Below are positions 26,881-35,712 of a stretch of 64,000 bases of DNA, in pieces. The stretch's first letter is position 1; every line of letters starts with the position of its first letter. The notes under the pieces are model-generated. The model ran no database searches, had not been told where the DNA came from, and was given only the letters and a program-made list of their open reading frames with translations. The DNA lies in contig BTVJ01000025.1 in the NCBI GenBank assembly GCA_045863395.1, positions 1-64,000 on the forward strand. Direction: 5' to 3'. A program made the position numbers and the translations under genes. This stretch comes from Myxococcales bacterium. Lineage in GTDB: Bacteria > Myxococcota_A > UBA9042 > JABWCM01 > BTVJ01.

Positions 26881-28963
26881 GAGCCCATGGATGCTGCTCG
26901 GGCTCGCTGGGGCCGCCATCCCGGTGATCATCCACCTGATCAACCGCCGGAAGGCGCCCGTGCGGGCCTTTGCACCCATCGACTACATCCTCTTGTCCAA
27001 CAAGCGCCTGATGCGGCGCATGAAGCTCCGCCACTGGCTGGTGCTGGCGGTGCGCATGCTGCTGATCATGGCGATCCCCTTCGCGCTGGCGCGCCCGTAC
27101 ACCGTGCCCGAGGAGGCGCTGGCCGCCATCGAGGGGACCCCCGGCAGCACGGTCATCGTGCTCGACGACAGCCTGAGCATGGGCGGGGTGGTCGAGGGGC
27201 AGACCGGGTTGGGGCGGGCGGTGGAGCGGGCCGAGGAGCTGGTGCGCCGAATCGGGCGCGAGAGCAACGTGGCCGTCGTGTTGGCATCCGCGCCGCCCCG
27301 GGCGCTCCAGACGGAGCTGAGCTTCGACAAGGAGGGGCTGCTTCGGGAGCTCGCCCGGGTGGCGGAGGCGGGGCCGTCCGAGCGGGCGGCGGACGCGGCG
27401 GGGGCCCTGCGGATGGCCGAGGCGCTGCTGGCGGCCTCGACGCTGCCGGAGCGACGGATCCTGGTGCTGACGGACCTGCAGGCGGCGAGCTGGGGGGAGG
27501 TGACGCGGCCCTGGGCGCTGCCCACGCCGCCCGCCGTCGAGGTGGTGGACGTGGGGGCGCCCGAGAGGAACGCCGGCATCACCGACGTGGTGGTGGAGCG
27601 GGCGCTGGACGTGTCGCCCAAGCACCTGCGAGTGGCGGTCGAGGTGGCCGCCTTCGGGGCGCCCTTCTCAGACAGCGTCACCGTGCGGGTCGGGGGGCGG
27701 TCCATGGTGTCTTCGCTGCGGGTGCCGCCGGGGGACCGGGGGCGCGCCACGTTCCTGGTGAAGCTGGACGCCACGGAGGCGCTCGCGGGGGAGGCCAGCA
27801 TCCCTGGGGACGCGGTCCCCGGCGACGACTCGCGGGCGTTCACGGTGGACTTCCTGCAGACGGTGAGCGTGCTGATCGTCAATGGCGCGCCGCGGAGCAT
27901 CCCCTACAAGGACGAGGTCTACTTCCTGGAGCGGGCGCTGCGGGCGGCGGACGACCAGGCGCGGGTGTCCGTCTTGACGATGCGCGCCGACGAGGTGACG
28001 CCGCAGCAGCTCGCCAACGTGGACGTGATCGTGCTCGCCAACGTGCTGGAGCTGCGCCCGGACGCCACGTCGGCGCTCCGCAAGGCCGTGCGCGGCGGGG
28101 CGGGGCTGCTCATTGCGGCGGGCGACAACGCCACGACCTCGTGGAATGACCGGCTCGGCGACCTCCTGCCCATGCGGGTGCGGGAGGTGAAGCCCGTGGT
28201 GAAGCGGGGGCAGGAGGGCGCCAACCTCAAGGCCCTCGCCGTGGACACGGTGGACCTGGAGCACCCTGCCCTCCGGGTGTTCCGCAACCTGCCGTCGGCG
28301 AGCCTCTACACGGCGCGGTTCTACACGTACCTGCTGCTCGACGGGGGCGAGGCCCGCGTGCTCGCTCGCTACACAAACGGTGCGCCGCTGCTGGCGGAGA
28401 AGGAGGTGGGGGCGGGGCGCACGGCCATCCTGACGACGACGGTGGATCGGGACTGGGGCGACCTGGCGATCCGCACGAGCTACCTGCCGCTCGTGCAGCA
28501 GCTCGTGCTGCACCTGGCGGGCCGTCTGGACCGCCCCTTGCGGCCTTCCGTGCTGGCCGGCGAGCCGTGGCCGGTGGACCTGGAGCCCACCGTCACCCGG
28601 GTGGAGGTGGAGACCCCGGACGGGCGCGCGCTGGACTTCGACACCCCCCTCAAGGACGGCAAGGGGCCGCTCCTGGTCGAGGACACGGGGCGGAGCGGCG
28701 TCTACACGGTGCGCAAGTGGCTCGACGGAGCGGGTGGGGCCAGGGTGGAGCGCTTCGCCGTCAACCCGGACCCCCGGGAGATGGACCCCGCGAGGACGGG
28801 CCGAGAGGATCTGATCTCGAGGCTGGCCCCAGGGACCGCAGACGGCCCGAGCATCGCCCCGCTCGCGAGCACCAGCCCGTGGCGCACCAACCTCTGGCCC
28901 TACGTGCTCGTGGCGCTGTTCGCGCTGTTGGCGAGCGAGGCGGCGCTGGTCTTCAGGCGGTGA
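26870..28963 (+). CDS. BatA-domain / VWA membrane protein with GATase1-like segment and C-terminal TM
   Basis: PWMLLGL...IPVIIHLINRRK (BatA); VLDDSLSM and LTD MIDAS; DVIVLANV..VRGGAGLLIAAG; FAVN; C-terminal TM. Confidence 0.88.
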   Translation: MLFESPWMLLGLAGAAIPVIIHLINRRKAPVRAFAPIDYILLSNKRLMRRMKLRHWLVLAVRMLLIMAIPFALARPYTVPEEALAAIEGTPGSTVIVLDDSLSMGGVVEGQTGLGRAVERAEELVRRIGRESNVAVVLASAPPRALQTELSFDKEGLLRELARVAEAGPSERAADAAGALRMAEALLAASTLPERRILVLTDLQAASWGEVTRPWALPTPPAVEVVDVGAPERNAGITDVVVERALDVSPKHLRVAVEVAAFGAPFSDSVTVRVGGRSMVSSLRVPPGDRGRATFLVKLDATEALAGEASIPGDAVPGDDSRAFTVDFLQTVSVLIVNGAPRSIPYKDEVYFLERALRAADDQARVSVLTMRADEVTPQQLANVDVIVLANVLELRPDATSALRKAVRGGAGLLIAAGDNATTSWNDRLGDLLPMRVREVKPVVKRGQEGANLKALAVDTVDLEHPALRVFRNLPSASLYTARFYTYLLLDGGEARVLARYTNGAPLLAEKEVGAGRTAILTTTVDRDWGDLAIRTSYLPLVQQLVLHLAGRLDRPLRPSVLAGEPWPVDLEPTVTRVEVETPDGRALDFDTPLKDGKGPLLVEDTGRSGVYTVRKWLDGAGGARVERFAVNPDPREMDPARTGREDLISRLAPGTADGPSIAPLASTSPWRTNLWPYVLVALFALLASEAALVFRR

Positions 28964-29029
28964 CCACCGCTCTGCCGGAAGCGTGAGCAGGATCCCTGAG
29001 CGTTCCGCAGCAGAACACCGGCGGGCGCC

Positions 29030-30079
29030 TCACGTGGCGTCGCGCAGTCGCTGGACCCACGCCTCGTGCGCGGGGGCGCGCACCGTCCGCGCGAGGGAGT
29101 CCAATGGGGGTGCTGGGGTCACGCGCTCTCGAAGCGCCTCGATGCGCCCGACCTTGCGAGCCAGGTCGTCTGCGCCGAGCACGCCCCCGTCGAGGAGTCG
29201 CGACGCGGCGTCCAGGGTCCGACGCTGCTTGCGCTCCGTGTGGCAGACGAGCAGCAGGTCCACGCCGGCGAGAAGGGCGCGGCGGGTGACCTCCTCCAGG
29301 GGCCAGCGGTCGGCGATGGCGGACATCTCGAGGTCGTCGGTGATCACGACGCCGTCGTAGGCCAGCTCGCCGCGGAGGAGGGAGCCGATCAAGGCGTCGG
29401 AGAGCGTGGCGGGGAGCTCCGGGTCCACGCCCTCGTAGACCACGTGGGCGGTCATGAGCATGGGCACCGTGACGGCGCGAAAGGGGACGAGCTCTACCGA
29501 GCGCAGGCGCCCCAGATCGTGGGGCAGGCGCGGCAGGTCGACGTGGCTGTCGAGCGCCGTGTCGCCGTGGCCGGGGAAGTGCTTGCCGCAGGGGATCACG
29601 CCCGCCGCCTCCAGGCCCCGCGCAAACGCACCGGCCAGCCGCGCGGCCTCGGCCGGATCCGACGAGAAGGCGCGGCGGCCGATGATAGGGTTGTCGGCGC
29701 GGGTGTTCACGTCCAGGACCGGCGCGCAGTCGACCGTGAAGCCCAGCGCGCGCACCTCCGCGCCCAGCATGCGCCCGAAGTCCTCGGCGAGGGCCTCGCT
29801 CCCGGCCGCTCCCACCTCCCCCGCCGGCGGCCAGCGGGTGCCCACCCCGCGGAGGCGCTGCACGAGGCCCCCCTCCTCGTCGACCAGGATCAGGGCGCGC
29901 CCGTCGGGCGCACACGAGCGCAGCTCGTCGGTGAGGGCGCGCACCTGCGCCGCATCGCCCAGGTTCCGCGAGAACAGGATGACGCTGCCCCCCGCGGCGA
30001 GCAGCTCGCGGATGAAGGGCGTGGGCTCCGTTCCCTGGAAGCCGGCGCAGAGCAGAGGGGCGACGCGGGGGTCCAGCAT
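29030..30079 (-). CDS. nagZ: Beta-N-acetylhexosaminidase (GH3)
   Basis: VDEEGGLVQRL, APVLDV, KHFPGHGDTALDSH, MTAHV and ITDDLEM. Confidence 0.92.
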   Translation of the reverse strand: MLDPRVAPLLCAGFQGTEPTPFIRELLAAGGSVILFSRNLGDAAQVRALTDELRSCAPDGRALILVDEEGGLVQRLRGVGTRWPPAGEVGAAGSEALAEDFGRMLGAEVRALGFTVDCAPVLDVNTRADNPIIGRRAFSSDPAEAARLAGAFARGLEAAGVIPCGKHFPGHGDTALDSHVDLPRLPHDLGRLRSVELVPFRAVTVPMLMTAHVVYEGVDPELPATLSDALIGSLLRGELAYDGVVITDDLEMSAIADRWPLEEVTRRALLAGVDLLLVCHTERKQRRTLDAASRLLDGGVLGADDLARKVGRIEALRERVTPAPPLDSLARTVRAPAHEAWVQRLRDAT

Positions 30080-30087
30080 GGGCGGCC

Positions 30088-30930
30088 TCACAGGGAGTGG
30101 GGGTCGAGGCGGTCGCGCAGGGCGTCGCCGAGCAGGTTGACGCCGAGGATGGTGACGGCGATGGCCAGGCCAGCCGACACGGCCACATAGGGGGTCTTGA
30201 TGAACAGGACGGCCCCTTGGTCCAGGATGGCGCCCCAGGAGGAGCCGTCCTGGGGGCCGAGGCCGAGGAAGCTGAGGCTCGCCTCCGCCAGGATGGCGCT
30301 GGCGACGCCGAAGGTGCCCTGCACCACGACGGGCGAGACCACGTTCGGCACTACGTGGACGGCGAGGATGCGCGGCACCGACGCGCCCAGGCAGCGGGCG
30401 GCGGTGACGTGCTCCTGCTCCTTGACCACGAGCACCTGGGCGCGCACGAGGCGCGCGTAGCCGGCCCACCCCGTCACGGCGAGCGCCAGGATGACGCTCA
30501 TGACGTTGGGCTCCTGCGTGAGGAAGATCACGAGGATGGCCAGCAGGATGCCGGGGAACGACAGCAGGATCTCCAGCAGGCGCATCAGCACCTCGTCCAC
30601 CCAGCCACCGTACCAGCCGGCGATGGCGCCGATGACCACGCCGGCGACCACGGACACCAGGACCGTGCCGAAGCCGACGAGCACCGCCACGCGGGCGCCG
30701 TGGATGACCCGGGAGAGCAGGTCGGCGCCGTCCTCGTCCGTCCCGAAGGGGTGGGCTGCCGACGGATCCGCGAGGGCGTTGGCGGGGTCGCTCCAGCCGT
30801 CGGCGTACGGCGCAAGGACCGGCGCCAGGGCGGCGCACGCCAGCACGGTCAGCACGATGACGGTGCCCACGATCACGGGCAGCCGTCGCATGCGGCGGCG
30901 CCACAGCAAGGCTCGGCGGGCCCGGCTCAC
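30088..30930 (-). CDS. Peptide/nickel ABC transporter permease (DppC/OppC-like)
   Basis: HPFGTDEDGADLLSRVIHGAR; EAA-like AARCLGAS; ILAEASLSFLGLG; GDALRDRLDP. Confidence 0.92.
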   Translation of the reverse strand: MSRARRALLWRRRMRRLPVIVGTVIVLTVLACAALAPVLAPYADGWSDPANALADPSAAHPFGTDEDGADLLSRVIHGARVAVLVGFGTVLVSVVAGVVIGAIAGWYGGWVDEVLMRLLEILLSFPGILLAILVIFLTQEPNVMSVILALAVTGWAGYARLVRAQVLVVKEQEHVTAARCLGASVPRILAVHVVPNVVSPVVVQGTFGVASAILAEASLSFLGLGPQDGSSWGAILDQGAVLFIKTPYVAVSAGLAIAVTILGVNLLGDALRDRLDPHSL

Positions 30931-31895
30931 GTCGCCTCCGGCCCTTGCAGGCGCACCCGGGGGTCGATGGCAGCGTAGAGCAGGTCCGTCGCCAGGTTGA
31001 CGACCACGTAGGTGAGCGCGATGACGATGACGCAGCCCTGCACGACGGGGTAGTTGCGCCGCGCGATGGCATCGAGCAGCAGGGTCCCGAGCCCCGGGCG
31101 GGCAAAGACCTTCTCGGTGATGATCGTTCCGGTCAGCAGCGCCGCGAACTGGAGGCTCATCACGGTGACGACCGGGATCAGGGCGTTGCGCAGCACGTGA
31201 CCCACCATGACCTGGCGCTCGTCGAGCCCCTTGGCCCGCGCGGTGATCGTGAAGGGCATGGCGAGGGCCTCCAGGACGCTGGAGCGCACCATGCGCGTGA
31301 GCTTCGCGGCGAGGGCGGCCCCAAGCACCACCGACGGGAGCACCAGTGATTCGAGACCGGTGATTGCGGCCCCAGGATCGGGGAACCAGCCCCAGCTCAC
31401 ACAGAAGAGCCAGATCAGCATGGGGCCGAGCCAGAAGTTGGGCAGAGCCACACCGACCAGCGCGGCGAGCATGGACACGTTGTCCACCAGCGAGTACTGC
31501 CGCACGGCGGACGCGATGCCGAGGGGGAACGCGATGAGCACGGCGATGAGCATGCCGCCCACGGCAAGCTCGAACGTCGCCGGGAAGCTGCGCGCGATGA
31601 CGCTGGACACGGTGATCGGGCGCTCGGCGCTCTCCAGGGACGCGCCGAGGCTCCCGTCGAGCACCTGACCCCACAGGCGCGCGTACTGGCTCGGGAGGGA
31701 ATCGGCGAGCCCCATGCGCTCACGGAAGGCCGCCTTGTCCGCGTCGCTGGCCTGCTCGCCGAGGATCGTCTCGACGGGGTCCCCGGGCGCCAGGCGCAGC
31801 GCAAGAAACACGGCGGTGACCACGCCGACGATGGCGATGGCCGACGCGCCGAAGCGCCGGAGCACGTAGCGGAGCAGGGGGTGTCGGGGCCACAC
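30927..31895 (-). CDS. Peptide/nickel ABC transporter permease (DppB/OppB-like)
   Basis: LAPGDP, PATFELA, TARAKGL..HVLRNALIP, EKVFARPGLG and DLLYAAIDPRVR. GTG start is approximate. Confidence 0.92.
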   Translation of the reverse strand: MWPRHPLLRYVLRRFGASAIAIVGVVTAVFLALRLAPGDPVETILGEQASDADKAAFRERMGLADSLPSQYARLWGQVLDGSLGASLESAERPITVSSVIARSFPATFELAVGGMLIAVLIAFPLGIASAVRQYSLVDNVSMLAALVGVALPNFWLGPMLIWLFCVSWGWFPDPGAAITGLESLVLPSVVLGAALAAKLTRMVRSSVLEALAMPFTITARAKGLDERQVMVGHVLRNALIPVVTVMSLQFAALLTGTIITEKVFARPGLGTLLLDAIARRNYPVVQGCVIVIALTYVVVNLATDLLYAAIDPRVRLQGPEAT

Positions 31896-31908
31896 GGCGG
31901 CTACGGTA

Positions 31909-32529
31909 TCACCGGCCCCCGCGCTCCGCCAGGAATCGGGCGAGGGCGTCCGGCGTGTTGACGCCATCGAGCGCCCAGGGGGGGAGCAGGCCGCGGGCGA
32001 ACAGCTCCTCCCGCAGTATGACGCGCACCGGAAGGTGGTCGCGCACGGCCTGGAGGCGCCGCAGGCCACCGTCGTGCAGGCAGAGCAGGTGGTCGGCGAC
32101 GTCGGTGGGCCACACGGCGTGCAGCGGCTCCATACCCCGCGGGCCGGCCGGCGCCACGATGCGGCCCGGCTCCGCAAGCTCACAGAGCGCCCGCACCAGA
32201 GGCGGGTGGAGCCCCGGCATGTCTACCGCGCAGACGAAGGTGTACGTGGCCCGGGGCCGCAGATGGGAGAGCGCCGTCGCCACCGCCCCGAGCGGGTCGC
32301 TGCGCCCCGGCAGGTCCACGAGCGGCGTCGCGGTGCCGACGTCCAGGAGCTCCGGGCGGCGGGCGACGACCACGACCGTGCTGAACAGCTCGGCGAGGCG
32401 GTCGGCCAGTACGCGCACCAGCGGCCGCTCATCACCGGGCAGAGCGAGCAGCGCCTTGTCGGCGCCCATGCGCCTGCTCTCCCCTCCCGCGAGGAGGGCC
32501 GCCGCAAAGTGTGTAGGGAGTGCTTCCAA
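31909..32529 (-). CDS. mobA: Molybdenum cofactor guanylyltransferase
   Basis: LLAGGESRRMGADKA, PLGAV, VDMP, EPLHAVW and VNTP. Confidence 0.88.
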   Translation of the reverse strand: MEALPTHFAAALLAGGESRRMGADKALLALPGDERPLVRVLADRLAELFSTVVVVARRPELLDVGTATPLVDLPGRSDPLGAVATALSHLRPRATYTFVCAVDMPGLHPPLVRALCELAEPGRIVAPAGPRGMEPLHAVWPTDVADHLLCLHDGGLRRLQAVRDHLPVRVILREELFARGLLPPWALDGVNTPDALARFLAERGGR

Positions 32530-32540
32530 CGGAGGAGGGA

Positions 32541-34430
32541 CTACGGACTGCCGCCAAGCCGCTCGATGGCAGTCCGGACCGCGTCCGCGTCGGGCGCGCC
32601 AGGCTTCTTGCGGAGGTACTGCCCGTAGTGGTCGATGGCCTGCGGCGCCTTGCCCTGGGACGCGTAAATCACGCCGAGCTGCTTGTGCGCGTCCGCGTAG
32701 CCGGACTTCGCGGCGGCGTTGAAGCGATCCACGGCGAGACCCAGGTTGCCCTGGATCTTGGCGGTGCGCCCCTCGTGATAGAGGCGCGCGCCCTCGCCCT
32801 TCTTGGTGTCGGCCTTGGCCGCGGTATCCTGCTTCTCCGTCTGCTTCTCGGGTTGCTTGACCGCAGCGGTCTCCTTCTTCTCCTCGCGCGCCTTGGCCTC
32901 GGCAACCAGCTCCTTCTGCCGCCGCACCACTGTCTTCTTGAGGGTCTTCCCCTTGACGTTGGAGGGATCGACGCCGAGGACCGCCGACAGGAGCCCGTTG
33001 GCCTGGTCGAGGTTGCCCGCCTTGATGTCCTTCTCGGCCTTGGCGAGGTAGTCATCGATGTAGGCCGTGCGGACCTGGCCGTGTAGCTCCTTGATCTTCT
33101 CAAAATAGACGCTCGCGCTCGCCGTGTCGTGGAGCTCGTTCACCTTGCTCCACGCCGCCGCGTAGTTGCGCTCGGTCACCTTCTTCTCTACCTCGGCGAT
33201 GCGGCCGGCGCGCTCCTGCTCGACGCGGGCGCTCAGCAGCTTCGACTCGGCCTCCTGGTTGGCGGGCTCGGCGGCCTTCACCTTCTCGAGCAGCGCGATG
33301 GCGCGGCCCCAGTCCTGCTCCTCGGCAGCCTTCCCCGCGGCGGTCATCCAGTCGGCGGGGCCCTCCCCCGGGGCAACCGCGACCTCCACCGGATCGGCCA
33401 CAGGCTCCTTGACGGGCTCCTTCGCGATCTCCACGGGCGGCTGGACGACCGCGACCTGCTGCTCGCCGGCGCCAGGCTCACCCATCGCCGTCTTGGATGC
33501 CTCCCCCTGGGGCGCCTCGCCCGCGGCCGGGTCCTTCTGGGCCGGCGCCGCCGCCACCTGGACCGGCTCGGTGCCCGGCTTGTCCGTCTCGCCGCTGCGC
33601 CCGGAGGGGCCCGTGGCCTCGTTGGACGGCGCGGAGACACGATCAGGCGTGTCGGAGCGGTCGAACACCAGGAAGTAGACCGCCACCAGCGCGACCAGCG
33701 CAACGGCAATCACGGCGAACAGCGCCTTCTTGCCAGAGCCCGACGGCAGGGTGTCCTCGTCCGCGCTCGGCGTCCACTCGTAGGCCTCCCCAGGGCCCAC
33801 GAAGCGGAGGCGCACGTGGCCAAGCTCCACCGCGTCGCCGGCCCGCAGGGACACGCGCTTGTAGCTCTCCCCGTTGACGTGGACGCCGTTGGCGCTGTCC
33901 AGGTCTTCGACGATGTAGCCCTCTGCCGCCGACCACTCGATGCGGACGTGCATGGCGGAGACGGAGCGGTGCTCGATGGTGTGGTCCGCCGTCTCGGAGC
34001 GTCCCACCGTCATGGGAGTACGGTCCAGGAGCAGCTCCCGGCCGCCGAGCGGGCTGCTCGTGATGACCAGCCGCCCCCGATGCTCCGCGGGGATCAGCGG
34101 CTGGCGGGGCTGGGGCGAGTCGGCGGTCGCCGCGGCGCGCACATCGTCCAGGAGCTCTATCTCGTAGTCGCCGACCCGCAGGCTGTCGCCCACGCGCAGC
34201 ACGGCCCGGCTGTCGATGCGCGCGCCGTTGACCTGCGTGCCGTAGCTGCTGCCCGCGTCCTCCACGACGACGTGCCCGTTGTCCCGCACCAGCCGGACGT
34301 GGCGCCGTGAGACGTTACGCTCGGGGAGGCAGATGGTGTTGGCGCGATCACGGCCGATGGTGATCTCGTCAACCTGCACGGGCACGTCACTACGCTGCCC
34401 TTCGTCGTCGTGGATCCGGAGCCTCAGCAT
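32541..34430 (-). CDS. Double-FHA membrane protein with periplasmic TPR region
   Basis: Start MLRLRIHDDEG (GAGGA RBS). FHA1 IGR..N...ERNVSRRH..SSYGTQVNG. FHA2 VGR..SVSAMH..SANGVHVNG. One TM, Pro/Ala linker, TPRs. Confidence 0.88.
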   Translation of the reverse strand: MLRLRIHDDEGQRSDVPVQVDEITIGRDRANTICLPERNVSRRHVRLVRDNGHVVVEDAGSSYGTQVNGARIDSRAVLRVGDSLRVGDYEIELLDDVRAAATADSPQPRQPLIPAEHRGRLVITSSPLGGRELLLDRTPMTVGRSETADHTIEHRSVSAMHVRIEWSAAEGYIVEDLDSANGVHVNGESYKRVSLRAGDAVELGHVRLRFVGPGEAYEWTPSADEDTLPSGSGKKALFAVIAVALVALVAVYFLVFDRSDTPDRVSAPSNEATGPSGRSGETDKPGTEPVQVAAAPAQKDPAAGEAPQGEASKTAMGEPGAGEQQVAVVQPPVEIAKEPVKEPVADPVEVAVAPGEGPADWMTAAGKAAEEQDWGRAIALLEKVKAAEPANQEAESKLLSARVEQERAGRIAEVEKKVTERNYAAAWSKVNELHDTASASVYFEKIKELHGQVRTAYIDDYLAKAEKDIKAGNLDQANGLLSAVLGVDPSNVKGKTLKKTVVRRQKELVAEAKAREEKKETAAVKQPEKQTEKQDTAAKADTKKGEGARLYHEGRTAKIQGNLGLAVDRFNAAAKSGYADAHKQLGVIYASQGKAPQAIDHYGQYLRKKPGAPDADAVRTAIERLGGSP

Positions 34431-34594
34431 CGCCGTCCTCGCACGAGTCGCCGTCATCTTCGCCATGGGTCGCGGGTGGAAGCGCTCGCAGCAACCTGTC
34501 GTTTCTAGCACGCGCCTGCCAGATTGGCAAGACGGGTGCGTGGACGCCACCTTACGGTGATCCGATGGCAGCGGGCGCCACGCCCGGCTCGTTG

Positions 34595-34619
34595 AACGGA
34601 CAGGCGTGTCACAGGTTCC
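34595..34619 (-). promoter_or_regulatory. ECF-type promoter GGAAC-N16-CGTT facing the FHA-mobA-ABC-nagZ operon
   Basis: Minus strand GGAACctgtgacacgcctgtcCGTTcaa, 165 nt upstream of ATG 34430. Confidence 0.55.
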
Positions 34620-34799
34620 ACGCCCGCTGTGTACTTTTTGCAACCCGCCACGCCCACCCCGACAGCGCCGCCCAAGGTTGGGGCGCCTGCGCCCCATTGC
34701 AGAACCTTTGCCAAGCAAGGGCGTCTCCATGTAATTCGGAGGTACGTGGTCCGCGTTCGCGTGGGCGCAGGCCGCGAAGATCAAGACTCCGGTGGAGGC

Positions 34800-34841
34800 G
34801 GCGCGGCGAAGCCGGCGCCGCGCCTTGGCACAGTTCCTGTA
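34800..34841 (+). promoter_or_regulatory. 9-bp inverted repeat followed by a sigma54-like -24/-12 element upstream of the ECF gene
   Basis: GGCGCGGCG-N7-CGCCGCGCC then TTGGCACAGTTCCTGTA (GG-N10-GT rather than the consensus GC). Confidence 0.35.
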
Positions 34842-34905
34842 AGGGTTAGCTTGTAATCACGGAGCCCGCGGAGGGCTCCCGGTCGGCCACCCTCGCCGGC
34901 AAAGG

Positions 34906-35538
34906 ATGCACGCCATGACTGACACGAGCACGACGCTTCACGATATCGAGACCAAGCGCGAGTTCGAGGAGACCACGCTCCGCTACCTGGACGAGCTCTA
35001 CTCGACGGCGCTGCGCCTCACCCGCAACGACAAGGACGCCGAGGACCTGGTCCAAGACACGTACCTCAAGGCGTACAGCCACTTCCATCAGTTCAGCCGG
35101 GGCACCAACGCGCGCGCCTGGCTGTTCAAGATCCTCACCAACACCTTCATCAACGCCTACAGGCGGCGAGTGAAGGAGCGCGAGATCCTGGACAAAGAGG
35201 AGAAGGGCCAGCTCGGCAGCTTCTTCTTCTCGAAGGAGACGACGGCGCGCTGGGGCAGCCCGGAGTGGCACGTCCTGTCGACGCTGCTGTCCGACGACGT
35301 CAAGCGGTCCCTGGACGAGCTCCCGGTGGACTTCCGCACCGTGGTGGTGCTGGCGGATCTTCAGGACTTCTCGTACAAGGAGATCGCGAGCATCATGGAC
35401 ACGCCCATCGGCACAGTGATGTCCCGCCTCTTCCGGGGCCGCAAGCTGCTGCGCAAGAAGCTCCACGACTTCGCGCGGCGCGAGGGCGTCATCGACGCGT
35501 CGTGGCAAGAGCGTGGCTTCGAGGCCGTCCCTGCCTGA
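34906..35538 (+). CDS. ECF sigma factor, SigH/SigR-like
   Basis: [69 protein letters not shown]. Confidence 0.93.
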   Translation: MHAMTDTSTTLHDIETKREFEETTLRYLDELYSTALRLTRNDKDAEDLVQDTYLKAYSHFHQFSRGTNARAWLFKILTNTFINAYRRRVKEREILDKEEKGQLGSFFFSKETTARWGSPEWHVLSTLLSDDVKRSLDELPVDFRTVVVLADLQDFSYKEIASIMDTPIGTVMSRLFRGRKLLRKKLHDFARREGVIDASWQERGFEAVPA

Positions 35539-35712
35539 GCCGGCGCCCGTTTCAATGTGGGGGGACCCCTCTCGAATTGAGACGATGGTGAGCTGTCCCG
35601 GGAGCGCTTGAGGCCAGACCCGACGACTGGGGTCGCACCCTGCCGAGTGGCCGTGGTGCCTTGGGTGAGAGTAGAATGCCGTGGTCTCTGCGCTCCCTGG
35701 GAGGGCGTCCGC

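Noticed and set aside
29030..31105. 691-aa ORF suggesting an N-terminally extended NagZ
   Set aside because: The extension is an out-of-frame read of the permease genes. NagZ starts at 30079, 8 nt after the permease stop.
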